A stretch of DNA of 64,000 nt. Origin: an uncultured virus (IMG/VR IMGVR_UViG_3300025158_000017) (Duplodnaviria; Heunggongvirae; Uroviricota; Caudoviricetes). The DNA is taken from the IMG/VR virus record IMGVR_UViG_3300025158_000017, one strand, 5' to 3'. Below the pieces are notes generated by a model that did no database searches, was not told the DNA's origin, and saw only the letters and a list, made by a program, of their open reading frames with translations. A program made the translations under genes and the position numbers. Positions 28,025-38,650 of the stretch are shown here, piece after piece. Position 1 is the first letter of the stretch; every line of letters begins with the position of its first letter.

Positions 28025-28437
28025 GTTTGACCTATCTCCAAGCTAACAACGATATTCTTTCTCTACTAAAAGCTGCTTGGGACCCAACAGGTCACAAGAT
28101 GTTTTGGGAAGGAGTTCGAGATCAGCGTGAAACTGATCAATCAGCGTGGGCAACAGTAGTTGTCCGTCATGCGACTGGACAACAAGACACTCTTGGAGGA
28201 GTTGGAAGTAGACAATTTTTACGAAATGGTATCGTTCTTGTCACAATAAATACTCCATCAACTTCTGGCTTGTCAGATGCTTATGTTTTGGCTAAGGTTG
28301 TCGCAGATGCCTATGAAGGTGTTGCGTCACCGAATGGAGTGTGGTTCCGAAACGTCAGAATTAATGAATTAGGTCGTGAAGGAACTTTTAATCAAATCAA
28401 TGTAGTAATCGATTTTGAATACTACGAAACTAAGTAA
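28021..28437 (+). CDS. Tail terminator
   Basis: Synteny before tail tube; VWFRNVR. Confidence 0.7.
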   Translation: MSLTYLQANNDILSLLKAAWDPTGHKMFWEGVRDQRETDQSAWATVVVRHATGQQDTLGGVGSRQFLRNGIVLVTINTPSTSGLSDAYVLAKVVADAYEGVASPNGVWFRNVRINELGREGTFNQINVVIDFEYYETK

Positions 28438-28449
28438 GGAGGCCAGAAT

Positions 28450-30006
28450 ATGGCACAGGTCCCAAAGATCGACTCCAATATCACTGGTCTCGCCTACGCT
28501 GAAGAAGCTCAGCTCGGCTTGCTCCCCGGTGAAGGCGGACTTGGAGGCTCACCAGTTTGGTATCGTTTGAATCCAAACAGTTATAACGATTTTGGTGGTG
28601 AAATTATCACAGTCGCACCAAATCCAATCAATCCATCTCGTCAAAGACGTAAAGGTGTCACGACCGACCTTAATGCGTCTGGTGGTTTCAATCATAACCT
28701 GACTTATCGAAATTTGACAAATCTTATGCAAGGTGTATTCTTTGCTGATCTTCGCGTAAAAGGTGAAGAAGCAGTTACACTTGTTGATATTGATTTGGCA
28801 AACCCTGATGAGTATGAAGTTGCATCAACAACAGGATTCATTGTCGGTAATCTAATTATCGGTAGGAATTTTGCAAATGCTGCGAACAATGCTTTGAATG
28901 TCGTAACTGCAATCGTTGCTAATACTTCAATTGAAGTTGCATCTGGTCAGCTTGTTGATGAAACTCCAGGAGCTGATGCAATTGTCAAAGTAGTTGGATT
29001 TCAATTTGCTGATGCAGATGCAGTGATTGATGTTTCTGGTGATCTTCCAGCTCTTACATCAACCGCAGTTGTTGATCTAACTGTCTTTGGTATTGTCCCA
29101 GGTCAATGGGTCTACATTGGTGGCGATATTGCAGCAAATACTTTCACAGCAGCGGCCAATAATGGATTCAAGCGTGTTCGATCTGTTACCGCTGATGCAA
29201 TTACTTTCGATAAATCAGATGCAGCTATGGTTGCTGATTCTGGTGTCGCTGGTAAAACAATTCGCCTTTTCTTCGGAGATGTTCTTCGAAATGAAACAGG
29301 TGCTTTGATTACTCGCAGAACTTACAATATCGAAAGAACTCTCGGCGCTCCTGATGATGCTTCACCAGCACAGATTCAATCTGAAGTTCTGATTGGTGCT
29401 ATTCCTAATGAAGTTTCGTTGAACATTCCTCAGGCTGATCTAGCATCTGTTGATATCACTTTCGTTGCAACTGACAATGCCCAACGAGACGGAGCAACCG
29501 GTCCTAAACAAACTGGTGTCATTGAACCTGAAGCTGCTTCGGAATATAATACTTCCAGTGATGTTGGTCGTATTCGTCTTGGAGTTGTGAGTAACACTGA
29601 TGAAGCTCCAACAGCATTGTTCGCATATGTGACAGAAGCAACGATTAATATCAACAATAACGTCACACCGAACAAAGCTGTCGGTGTTCTTGGTGCGTTT
29701 GATGTCACTGCTGGCACGTTTGAAGTTTCTGGTGAGTTGACTGCATACTTCTCAAATGTTGCAGCAACTCAAGCAGTCAGGGCAAACGCAAGTGTTACTC
29801 TTGATATCTCTTTCGTAAAAGACAATACTGCGATGATTATCGATCTCCCATTGATCTCTTTGGGTGATGGTCGTCTCAATATTGAAGTTGATGCACCGAT
29901 TACTCTGCCTCTATCAACTGATGCTGCTTCTGGTCAAGATGTTTCGACAGATCTTGATCATACTGCTCTCATCACTTACTTTGATTATGTTCCGTCCGCG
30001 GCATAA
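28450..30006 (+). CDS. Major tail tube protein
   Basis: L.PNSY.DFGG, PINPSRQRRKG, G.FEVSG.LTAYF. Confidence 0.85.
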   Translation: MAQVPKIDSNITGLAYAEEAQLGLLPGEGGLGGSPVWYRLNPNSYNDFGGEIITVAPNPINPSRQRRKGVTTDLNASGGFNHNLTYRNLTNLMQGVFFADLRVKGEEAVTLVDIDLANPDEYEVASTTGFIVGNLIIGRNFANAANNALNVVTAIVANTSIEVASGQLVDETPGADAIVKVVGFQFADADAVIDVSGDLPALTSTAVVDLTVFGIVPGQWVYIGGDIAANTFTAAANNGFKRVRSVTADAITFDKSDAAMVADSGVAGKTIRLFFGDVLRNETGALITRRTYNIERTLGAPDDASPAQIQSEVLIGAIPNEVSLNIPQADLASVDITFVATDNAQRDGATGPKQTGVIEPEAASEYNTSSDVGRIRLGVVSNTDEAPTALFAYVTEATININNNVTPNKAVGVLGAFDVTAGTFEVSGELTAYFSNVAATQAVRANASVTLDISFVKDNTAMIIDLPLISLGDGRLNIEVDAPITLPLSTDAASGQDVSTDLDHTALITYFDYVPSAA

Positions 30007-30078
30007 TCTACGAAGCACGAGCTGATGCTCCAGAGCGGGGAAGGGCCGCTCATCAACATAACATAAGGAATATCTCAG

Positions 30079-30510
30079 ATGGGAATGTATGACGTATTCG
30101 AGACAGACGAAGATCTCGAAACTGATGGAATTTGGCTTGATTATGGTGACTTCCGTGTGAAGATCGCTTCTGCTGGTCAAGGCAATAAAAAATATGTGAA
30201 ATATGCTGAAAAAGCATTGAAGCCTGTTCGCAAAGCAATGCAAGCTGGAGCGCTCTCAAATGAACGTTCTATCTCAATCATGTCAGACATCTATGCTAAA
30301 ACTATTGTCCTTGACTGGGAAGTTATGGTTGACAAGAAGTTGACAAAAGGCATTGAATCTCGGGAAGGTGAAATCCTTCCAATGACTTATGAGAATGTTC
30401 GTCAGGCTTTTATGGATCTTCCAAATTTGTTCATAGATATTCAGGAACAAGCAAATTCAATTGCTAATTTCAGAAAGGCAGAACTTGAGGAAGACTCGGG
30501 AAACTTGTAA
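30079..30510 (+). CDS. Tail assembly chaperone (G)
   Basis: F.TD.DLE..GIWLDY; synteny; ends in a slippery site. Confidence 0.8.
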   Translation: MGMYDVFETDEDLETDGIWLDYGDFRVKIASAGQGNKKYVKYAEKALKPVRKAMQAGALSNERSISIMSDIYAKTIVLDWEVMVDKKLTKGIESREGEILPMTYENVRQAFMDLPNLFIDIQEQANSIANFRKAELEEDSGNL

Positions 30511-30830
30511 GTGTCCTTGAATATCAGATGGATCAAGGACACATAGAAGAGCAAATCATCAAGCAAGCTATGAAGAGCGGCTTGCCTATACCTAGTCGTA
30601 TTGAAAATGCCCCTAGTATTTGGCCCGGACTTGAGCTATACTATCTAGGGTTCTTGGAGCTTAATTCCTCCAGGCAAATCGGTTTTCAGCTAGGGCCAAT
30701 TCCATGGTTGTCTATTGAACAATATTCAAAAGCTAAGGAACTAGATGAAGAACAAACTGAAGCAATGCATTTTCATATAGGTGAAATGGATAAAGCCTAT
30801 TTGAAACATCAAGCAAAGAAGTCTAAATAA
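30498..30830 (+). CDS. Tail assembly chaperone GT extension via -1 frameshift
   Basis: In-frame G GGA AAC at 30498-30504; -1 frame open into ORF 30528-30830 (F.EL...RQ.GF..GPIPW). Confidence 0.75.
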   Translation, partial: GKLVSVLEYQMDQGHIEEQIIKQAMKSGLPIPSRIENAPSIWPGLELYYLGFLELNSSRQIGFQLGPIPWLSIEQYSKAKELDEEQTEAMHFHIGEMDKAYLKHQAKKSK

Positions 30831-31294
30831 TGCCGACACTTCAATTCTCAAAAAATATCCGTGAAAGAGGTAGACAGTTTGAGAATTCGGCTTCTGCTTT
30901 AGTTCGTGCTGCTGCAAAGAGAGGTCTTAAATCTCTCGTGTTTAATACGAAAGCTGACACTGGTAAAGCTAGATCTAATTGGAGAGTTGGTATTGGGGCT
31001 CCAACTCGTGCTGTTATTCAACCTTATAGTCCTTATAAAAAAGGATCTAAGGCAGATGGTCAAGGAATTAGTGAGACAGCAAATGCTCAAGCTGCAATTT
31101 CTGCTGGTTTTGCTCGCATTAATTCTGTAAGAGGAATTAGTGGTGTTGGTCTTACAACTGGTATCTTTATCAGCAATAATGTAGATTACATAGACAAAGC
31201 TCTTATTCCAGGTTCACTTGAATTAGCAAGTGCTGAAGCAAGAGCAGCAATTCGTGGATTCAAACTTTTTGTTGATAACCCGAGGGACGAATAA
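30830..31294 (+). CDS. Tail completion/neck protein (HK97 gp10-like)
   Basis: DTGKARSNW, IFISNNVDYI. Confidence 0.75.
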   Translation: MPTLQFSKNIRERGRQFENSASALVRAAAKRGLKSLVFNTKADTGKARSNWRVGIGAPTRAVIQPYSPYKKGSKADGQGISETANAQAAISAGFARINSVRGISGVGLTTGIFISNNVDYIDKALIPGSLELASAEARAAIRGFKLFVDNPRDE

Positions 31295-34200
31295 TGGTAA
31301 CTGAAACAGTTAATGTTCGTTTTGTAGAAACTGGTGCCAGAGTTATCAAAAGACGCATTGATGAAATCGGTGTGGCTGCTGACAAGACTACTCGTGGTAT
31401 CTTTCTTCTAAAGCGAGCTTTATTCGTAATTGGTGGTGCTGGCATTGCCAGAGGATTAGCATCGTATGCTGATTCTCTAACTAATGTTGAAAACCGTCTT
31501 AGATTGACTACTGATAGCACAGCCCAATTGGAAGCAGTCCAATCTAAACTCTTTCAGGTTGCCAGAAATTCTCGTTCTGATTTTGCAGGAACTGCTGACG
31601 TATATAATCGAATTGCTCTTTCTGCTAAAAATCTTGGCGTCGGTCAACAAGAAATTCTAAATGTTACTGAGACCTTGAATAAGGCAGCAATTCTCTCTGG
31701 TGCATCAGCTCGAGAAGCTAACGCTGCTCTTGTTCAGCTTGGGCAAGGTATTGCATCTGATCGCTTGTCTGGTGATGAACTTCGTTCTGTTTTAGAACAA
31801 CTTCCAGCAGTTGCTGATATTCTTGTTGATTACTTGAATGATGTTGGGACATTTGGTGAAGTTACGAGAGGCACACTAAGGAAACTTGGTAAAGAAGGAA
31901 AACTCACTGCTGAAATCGTTGTCAATGCTGTTTCTGCAGCTAAGGGAAATATTGACGAGTTGTTCAGTCAGACAGACATCACAATTGACCAAGCATTTAA
32001 TAATCTAGAAACTGGTTTTCTAGAATTACTTGATTCTTTTGAAGATGCATTTAAATTGAGCAATAAATTTGCAATTTTGATAGATACTCTTTCTAAGAAT
32101 CTCGATGTTTTAGCTTTTGGAGTTGTATCTGTAGGAGTTGCTCTCGGAGCATTTGTGACTGCGAAAGCTCTTGATGTTATTTCAACATTTGTAACAAAAT
32201 TGAAAATTGCTGGAGGAGCATTAGCTAGACTTAGATCTATTCAATCAACAGTCGCTGCTTCTTCTGTTGCTTCTTCTGCTGCTCTAGCTGCTGATACAAG
32301 ATCTAGAGTTGCAAATCTAACTGCTATAAATGTAAGATCAGCAGCTCAAGTTAATTCTGCTAGACTTGAATATGCTGAAGCAACTGCTGCATTTCAAAAT
32401 GGTCGTGCAAGAGATTTACTAACTGGTAGATTTGTTGCAAACGCTGCTGCTCGTGATAGATTAACGGCTGCAAGTGTTCGTCTTGCAAATGCAGAACGAG
32501 TTAATCTTGCTTTGTCTAGGAGTCTAACTGGAGCAAGAACTGCTAGCATAGCGGCTGACAATGTTGCTGCTGGTGCTGCTACACGCGCAGGTGCAGCACA
32601 AGCGGCAAGGGCAGGGGTATTGGCGCGGCTAAGTGCCACCTTCCCCCTACTAGCTGGTGCTGCTAGGCTGGCCGCTGCGGCAGTCTCAGCCCTATTCCTT
32701 GTTTTGGCAGCAAATCCGTATACTGCTCTGATAACTGTTATCGCACTGGCAACTATTGCTCTATTCACTTTTGGTAATAGAATTAAAGTAACTGAAGATG
32801 GCGTGGTCGGTTTGAAAGATGCAGCTATCGCTGCTTTTCAACTTATAACAGAAGCGATTGTTCCAGTCACTAATTTTCTTTCTGAAAGTTTTAGAACAGC
32901 AATTGAAAATATCAAAGCTGCTTTTGGAATAGAATTTCCATCTATCTTTGAATTAGTTAAATCTGTTATCTTTGGGATTATAGACACAATAACATTTTTA
33001 CCAAGAGTCGTCATTGGTGTTTTGGCTGGAATCAACGCTGCGTGGGATTCTTTGCCTGGAGCAGTAGGAACAGCAATTGATACTGTGGTTGATATCTTCG
33101 TAAGTGGATTTGAGAATCTTGTTAACATAGCTTTTCGTGGTCTTAATAAGATTATCAGAGGATTCAATTCACTAGCAGGAACAAGAGTTGGTGATGCTCT
33201 TGGTCTTAAAAAATTAAATGAACAAACGGGTATTCAACTAGATAATCTAAGAACTAATTTCGGTAAAGGAGCCAAAGGAGCAGGAGAAGCTTTCACTGAA
33301 GGTTTTACCAATGCTTTTGAAGCTGGGAAAATAGAGAATGTTCTAGACAATTTTGGTAATCGTATTATTGAAAGAGCAAGAAAAAATATTGCTGAGGCTG
33401 AATTGAATAAAGGTTCAGTCACCACTGGTGATCCAGAATCTACAACTCCTACTGATGGTGGAGGCAATAAAACTGATTTTGCAAGTGAACTTGCTGAACT
33501 TCAACAAAAGATTGATTTAGAAAAACAATTCGGAATTCAAAAAGAAATCACGAATAATATTCTCAGTATTGAGAAAACAATTAAACGTGAATTAACTGCT
33601 GTTGAAAGAGATCAAGTTGCAAATGCAACTCGTTTACTTGAAATTAGTAAAATTCAAGGAGAAGTCCTACAGAGCATTCTTGGGCCACAAGAAACTCTTA
33701 GATTTACTCAATCAGCACTGAATGAACTTTTTGCCCAAGGAGCTATAACTCTAGAGCAATATAACACAAAACTTCGAGAGACACAAATTGCTGCTGATCG
33801 TGCTGCTGGAACTCTAAGTGGTGGATTCAAAGCTGCTATTGCATCAAGTATTCAATCAGCGAGTCAGTTTGGTTCTACTCTAGGAGATTTCGTTGTAGGT
33901 CAAGCAAATGCTGCCGCTGATGCAATTGTTGAATTTGCTAAAACTGGCCAATTCAACATAAGACAATTTTTCCAAGATCTGTTTGCGCAGCTTTTGAAAC
34001 TAGCTGCTCAAAGATTGTTGCTGAGTCTTCTTGGTGGACTTTTTGGAGCTCCAGGTGCTGGTCTCAGTGGTCTAAGTCAAGGTGGGTCCATCTTGCCAAG
34101 TTTTGCTGGTGGTGGTAGCATGATGCCAAATGGTCCAGGTTCTACCGATACTCAACTCGTTGCATTTAATAAGAGACCTGATGAAAGAGTTGATGTATTG

Positions 34201-34398
34201 ACTCCAAGTCAACAATCTGCTCAAAGGAACAACATGAATACTGGAGGAAGAACTACTGTCAATAACACGACAAACGTCGCTGCTGTTATTTCACCTTCTG
34301 ATATTCAGGGAGCTTTTGATAATGCAGATGGTGAAACAATAGTTGTGAACATGATCCAAAGAAATGCTTCTACAATTAGACAAATCATAGGTAACTAA
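31294..34398 (+). CDS. Tape measure protein
   Basis: QLGQG..S..L.GDELRS.LEQLP tape-measure domain; Ala-rich; GPGSTD near C-terminus. Confidence 0.92.
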   Translation: MVTETVNVRFVETGARVIKRRIDEIGVAADKTTRGIFLLKRALFVIGGAGIARGLASYADSLTNVENRLRLTTDSTAQLEAVQSKLFQVARNSRSDFAGTADVYNRIALSAKNLGVGQQEILNVTETLNKAAILSGASAREANAALVQLGQGIASDRLSGDELRSVLEQLPAVADILVDYLNDVGTFGEVTRGTLRKLGKEGKLTAEIVVNAVSAAKGNIDELFSQTDITIDQAFNNLETGFLELLDSFEDAFKLSNKFAILIDTLSKNLDVLAFGVVSVGVALGAFVTAKALDVISTFVTKLKIAGGALARLRSIQSTVAASSVASSAALAADTRSRVANLTAINVRSAAQVNSARLEYAEATAAFQNGRARDLLTGRFVANAAARDRLTAASVRLANAERVNLALSRSLTGARTASIAADNVAAGAATRAGAAQAARAGVLARLSATFPLLAGAARLAAAAVSALFLVLAANPYTALITVIALATIALFTFGNRIKVTEDGVVGLKDAAIAAFQLITEAIVPVTNFLSESFRTAIENIKAAFGIEFPSIFELVKSVIFGIIDTITFLPRVVIGVLAGINAAWDSLPGAVGTAIDTVVDIFVSGFENLVNIAFRGLNKIIRGFNSLAGTRVGDALGLKKLNEQTGIQLDNLRTNFGKGAKGAGEAFTEGFTNAFEAGKIENVLDNFGNRIIERARKNIAEAELNKGSVTTGDPESTTPTDGGGNKTDFASELAELQQKIDLEKQFGIQKEITNNILSIEKTIKRELTAVERDQVANATRLLEISKIQGEVLQSILGPQETLRFTQSALNELFAQGAITLEQYNTKLRETQIAADRAAGTLSGGFKAAIASSIQSASQFGSTLGDFVVGQANAAADAIVEFAKTGQFNIRQFFQDLFAQLLKLAAQRLLLSLLGGLFGAPGAGLSGLSQGGSILPSFAGGGSMMPNGPGSTDTQLVAFNKRPDERVDVLTPSQQSAQRNNMNTGGRTTVNNTTNVAAVISPSDIQGAFDNADGETIVVNMIQRNASTIRQIIGN

Positions 34399-34399
34399 G

Positions 34400-35851
34400 A
34401 TGCCCAATTCAACAGGAACAGCAAGAACTCCAGGTGAACTTCTTGTAGCGATAAATACATTGGTTCTGGCAAATTCATGGACAAAACTCCGTGGAGAAAC
34501 TGATCAAGCATGTGCATCTCCTAAGTCTGCTCGTTACTGGCGCTTGGTGTGGCTTAAGAATGAAGATCCACTTAGTGATTTTCGTGAACTAACAACCATG
34601 CAATTTAGAACGACTCTTGGTGGCTCAGCTATTTCTGGGACATGGACTTCTAAAGGTATTGCATCAGGAACTCTTCCAGGTCTTTTCAGAACTGGTGATA
34701 TTAATAATGATTATTGGTGGATCAAACTTGATGCTGGTTCTGCCACAATTGTTCGCGAATGTATGATTCAGTGTCAGACTGATAATGAAGCTCCAAGTGA
34801 TTTCATTATTCAATGGTCTAATGATGATCTTACATGGACAACTATGTTCAGGGCTTCTGGTCTTGCTTGGGTTGATGATGAAACTAAAATTTTTCAATTT
34901 GACGATGCTCATTTAGATTCTTTTCATCCAAGTTCCACACAAGCTCTTAGAACTGGTTTTGATGTAAGAAATGAGACATTAAATTTTAGTTCTTCTAGTG
35001 GATATGGAGATTATTCTGACGATCGCTTTATTTGGCAAGCTCCAGGATATGATGCAAATCGTAGAATTTATATTCAAGCTCGTGGGCACACAAATGCTTT
35101 CACATCTTCATCTTATATTGAATTTTCTGTAAGTCCATCTTATGATGCTTCTATTTCAGGAATGAATTCTCAGGTTGGTGGATTCACTAGTTCTGTTTGG
35201 CATCTAATGGATTCTACTTCTTCATTTGATTATTGGATCTATATGAATGCAACAAGATTGATTCTAATCACTAAGCATGGTGTTGATGATTATGTTTCAA
35301 CTTACATTGGATTCATGGGAGCTTTTGCTGACCCAGACAATTATCCATCTCCATTGATCTTGTCTTCAACTAGCAACACAAGAGATGCTTATAATGCAGT
35401 GAATAACAAATTGTCTTCTATGGCAGATCCAGGATTTGAAGCTGCTGCTGTTCGTTTGTGGGACAATTCTTGGAATTTTGCATATAATAGATTAAATTCT
35501 GGATTAACAAATCTATATAGACCTAATCCAGATATTTTCTTCTGGCCTTATCATTGTGGTGGTGCTTTAGATGAAAATTGGCCTTTTGCTTGGATTGGAA
35601 GTCCAGTTGATTTTGATAATCACTGGTTGAACCAACATGATCCTACAGAACAAGGTGATCTTCCACTTTATCCAATTATAGTGACAAGTGATGTATTTGG
35701 AAACTTAGGTGCTCTTCAAGGAGTATTTTGTATTCCTGGCGGAACTCTTGTTCCAGAGCAAGTATTCACAATTTCTTTTGTTAATTATAGAGCTTTCCCG
35801 AATAGAAATAGACGTGAAGGCTGCAACTGGTTTGTCGTGAGGGAAGATTAA
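34400..35851 (+). CDS. Tail/baseplate structural protein with possible carbohydrate-binding insert
   Basis: Follows TMP; ARYWRL and AP.DF.IQWS.D discoidin-like motifs. Confidence 0.65.
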   Translation: MPNSTGTARTPGELLVAINTLVLANSWTKLRGETDQACASPKSARYWRLVWLKNEDPLSDFRELTTMQFRTTLGGSAISGTWTSKGIASGTLPGLFRTGDINNDYWWIKLDAGSATIVRECMIQCQTDNEAPSDFIIQWSNDDLTWTTMFRASGLAWVDDETKIFQFDDAHLDSFHPSSTQALRTGFDVRNETLNFSSSSGYGDYSDDRFIWQAPGYDANRRIYIQARGHTNAFTSSSYIEFSVSPSYDASISGMNSQVGGFTSSVWHLMDSTSSFDYWIYMNATRLILITKHGVDDYVSTYIGFMGAFADPDNYPSPLILSSTSNTRDAYNAVNNKLSSMADPGFEAAAVRLWDNSWNFAYNRLNSGLTNLYRPNPDIFFWPYHCGGALDENWPFAWIGSPVDFDNHWLNQHDPTEQGDLPLYPIIVTSDVFGNLGALQGVFCIPGGTLVPEQVFTISFVNYRAFPNRNRREGCNWFVVRED

Positions 35852-36930
35852 TGGCTTATTCAACAGGATCTGGTGATTATCTTGCATTGATGGCTGCTGT
35901 CCTCGCACATGCAGTTACTGATGGATGGGTTGAAGCTGGTGGTATCGGCACAGGCTGGCCTATCAGCAAAGGAAACGTCAGAGGAATTGATTGGGCAACT
36001 GACACTGTTGCTGCTACTGATTACACGAATGGAGCTGCCGTTCCAAAAACTGCAAGATTCCTAAAATTAGCTGCTGGAACTAGTCCTGCGAATGCGACTG
36101 CAAATGCTGCTGGATCTATTTATGCTCATGTTCCTAATATGGAATATAATTTTGATGCATGGCATATTTTTTCTGATCCTTCTTTGTGTGATTACATTCA
36201 TGTTGTAGTTCAATTCACAAATGGAATTGATGCACAAGTATTTGGACATTTTTCTTTTGGAGAGATCTTTAAACACGGAATGGGTTATACTGCGATTGCA
36301 TATACTTCTGCTCATCCTGTCAGAGGTTTTAGCCCAGATAACTTTTTTAGTAATAATCAAACAAATGATGCTCATTCTGGTGTCTACGGTAGAATTAGAA
36401 GAATTTTCACTGGAAATCTAGGATGGTTTTCTTTCCTATCATTTTTCACTGTTGGAAATCCTGTAACTTTTATAGTTGATCCCACAGTAAATCCATTTCC
36501 AGTTTCAGGTGTTTGGCCGACACCTGATGTTCTTTATGATAGCTCGAGTCTTTTAGATTCTTATGGACCAAGTAGTGGTTCTTTCTTTGTTGATTCAGAC
36601 GATCCAGGTGTAAAAAACGCAAAATTCTCTCACAATTCTCTTTTTACTATTTCTCAGCCATACTCAGGTGGTGTTTCCCTTGGGCCAATTCCTTTGTTCA
36701 TAGCTAACTCAACTTCTAATATTTCAAGTTTGAGATTTATAAATGTTGGATCATTTCCAAATGTTAGGCTTTGTTCACTCGCTAACTTACTCGCTGGAGA
36801 CGAAATCACATATGCATCTGATACTTGGAAAGTATTTCCTTTCGTTGCTAGAAAAGAAAGATCAACTCTTGGTCAACAGTATAAAGTTTCAAGTGCATTC
36901 TATGGTCTAGCTTATAAGAAAGTAATTTAA
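35851..36930 (+). CDS. Virion structural protein
   Basis: MAYSTG start, WKVFP, YGLAYKK end; synteny. Confidence 0.65.
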   Translation: MAYSTGSGDYLALMAAVLAHAVTDGWVEAGGIGTGWPISKGNVRGIDWATDTVAATDYTNGAAVPKTARFLKLAAGTSPANATANAAGSIYAHVPNMEYNFDAWHIFSDPSLCDYIHVVVQFTNGIDAQVFGHFSFGEIFKHGMGYTAIAYTSAHPVRGFSPDNFFSNNQTNDAHSGVYGRIRRIFTGNLGWFSFLSFFTVGNPVTFIVDPTVNPFPVSGVWPTPDVLYDSSSLLDSYGPSSGSFFVDSDDPGVKNAKFSHNSLFTISQPYSGGVSLGPIPLFIANSTSNISSLRFINVGSFPNVRLCSLANLLAGDEITYASDTWKVFPFVARKERSTLGQQYKVSSAFYGLAYKKVI

Positions 36931-38648
36931 TGGCTGGAATCATACTTGATGAAGATCTAATTGGATTTTTAATTCCAGATCTCACTAATCCTTATTCTAT
37001 TGTTTTGCTTCAACCTGGAGCAGTTCCACAATATGGTGGTTCTGCTGACAATATCAGGGAAGCAATCAGAGATGCATGGATTGATTCACCAATCGTGACA
37101 AATGCAACTCCTGGAACTCCTCCTGCTGGTTTAACTCAAGGTAATAATTACATTGCCACGAGTCAACATACAGATTTTCATTTCCGTCTTTGGGTAATCC
37201 CTACTGTTCTACAATTAAACAATCCTCAGCTTAATGTTGATATTCCATTTCGTATATGGAGCACAAATCCAAAAAGTGAAACAGTAACTGATGTGTTAAT
37301 CAGTGGAAGTTCTGTTCTGAGCTTTGATTTAACTGCTGGACAAGTTATTGGAGATTTTCAATTTCGTGAAGTTAACATGCAAGTTGAAAATGATACAGAA
37401 GCGACAATTGATGCTCTCATCCAAATCGTTACAACAAATCTTATTGGAATTCTTAATGTTCTAGGTGCTATCTCTGATACATTTAATCTTATTCCTGATG
37501 AACCAATTAAAGAAATCTGGGAATTCAAGACAGATGTTCTCGTAAATCATAAAGGCGGCGAACAAAGAATTTCTCTACGTCGTTATCCTCGGATTCGTCA
37601 AGAATTTACATTTGAAATAATTGATCTTAGACAAAGACGTGATCAATATAATGTTTTGAGAAAAAATATAGCTGTTCAATCTCTGGTTCCACTTTATCAA
37701 TATTCAGTAAATCCAGATTTACCAGCTTCTATCGGTGCAACTAAAATATTTCTAGATAATGCTCGATCTAATTTTCGTGCAGATGAGTTTGCTGTAATAG
37801 TAAACCCAACGACAGAAAGTCTCATACTCAGTAGAGTAGCTTCTGTAGATTCTGATGGAATTACATTGCAGTCTTCAATTGGATTTGACATTGATGACCA
37901 TTGGGTTTGTGCTCCTGCAATAAACTCTATGATAAACGATGGCAGCGGCATCGATATGAGAAATGTCACTGGTCAACTTTCAATCAAAGCTGATAGTTTT
38001 GAAGAGTCTGCTTTGTTGAGACCAAATGCAACAAGAGTCATCGATACATTTGATGGAATTCCTTGGTTAGATCGTAGACCTTTGATAACTGCTAATGAAG
38101 ATTTTACTTTTGAAAGAGAAATCCTTGATAATGAAACTGGTGTTCGTGTTGTCAAAAGTAGATGGCCTCACCCAAAAGTAGATGGGACAAGAAAATTTAC
38201 AATTCAGCGTGAATTTGATCCTGATGAGATGGATTATTGGCGCAGCTTTTTTGACACTATTCGTGGTGGACAGAAATCATTTTTAATGGCGACCTATTTT
38301 CCAGATTTAACTCTTGTAGTTCCAAATCTTGATGTTCAAGGTGTTTCAACTCTTAATATTAATGAAGGATATTTTCCAAACCTTTATTATCAATATCTGA
38401 CTTGGAAAAGAATTCAAATAGAATACACCAATGGACTTAAAACTCAACACGTGATAACAAATGCTGTTGTTAATGAAGATGGAACATGTGATATTTCTTT
38501 TACTCCAGTAATTCCTCTCGATCCTCTTTATACTACTATAAAATACATTAGTTTCTTGATGCGTTGGAAAGCATCAGACAGGGTTGCGTTTAGACATTTT
38601 GCCAATTATAGTGAGGTTAGCTTTGGTGTCTTTAGTTCGGATGAATAA
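36930..38648 (+). CDS. Distal tail-like protein
   Basis: E.WEFKTDVL...GGEQRISLRRYPR; F...RG..KSF. Confidence 0.7.
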   Translation: MAGIILDEDLIGFLIPDLTNPYSIVLLQPGAVPQYGGSADNIREAIRDAWIDSPIVTNATPGTPPAGLTQGNNYIATSQHTDFHFRLWVIPTVLQLNNPQLNVDIPFRIWSTNPKSETVTDVLISGSSVLSFDLTAGQVIGDFQFREVNMQVENDTEATIDALIQIVTTNLIGILNVLGAISDTFNLIPDEPIKEIWEFKTDVLVNHKGGEQRISLRRYPRIRQEFTFEIIDLRQRRDQYNVLRKNIAVQSLVPLYQYSVNPDLPASIGATKIFLDNARSNFRADEFAVIVNPTTESLILSRVASVDSDGITLQSSIGFDIDDHWVCAPAINSMINDGSGIDMRNVTGQLSIKADSFEESALLRPNATRVIDTFDGIPWLDRRPLITANEDFTFEREILDNETGVRVVKSRWPHPKVDGTRKFTIQREFDPDEMDYWRSFFDTIRGGQKSFLMATYFPDLTLVVPNLDVQGVSTLNINEGYFPNLYYQYLTWKRIQIEYTNGLKTQHVITNAVVNEDGTCDISFTPVIPLDPLYTTIKYISFLMRWKASDRVAFRHFANYSEVSFGVFSSDE

Positions 38649-38650
38649 AT

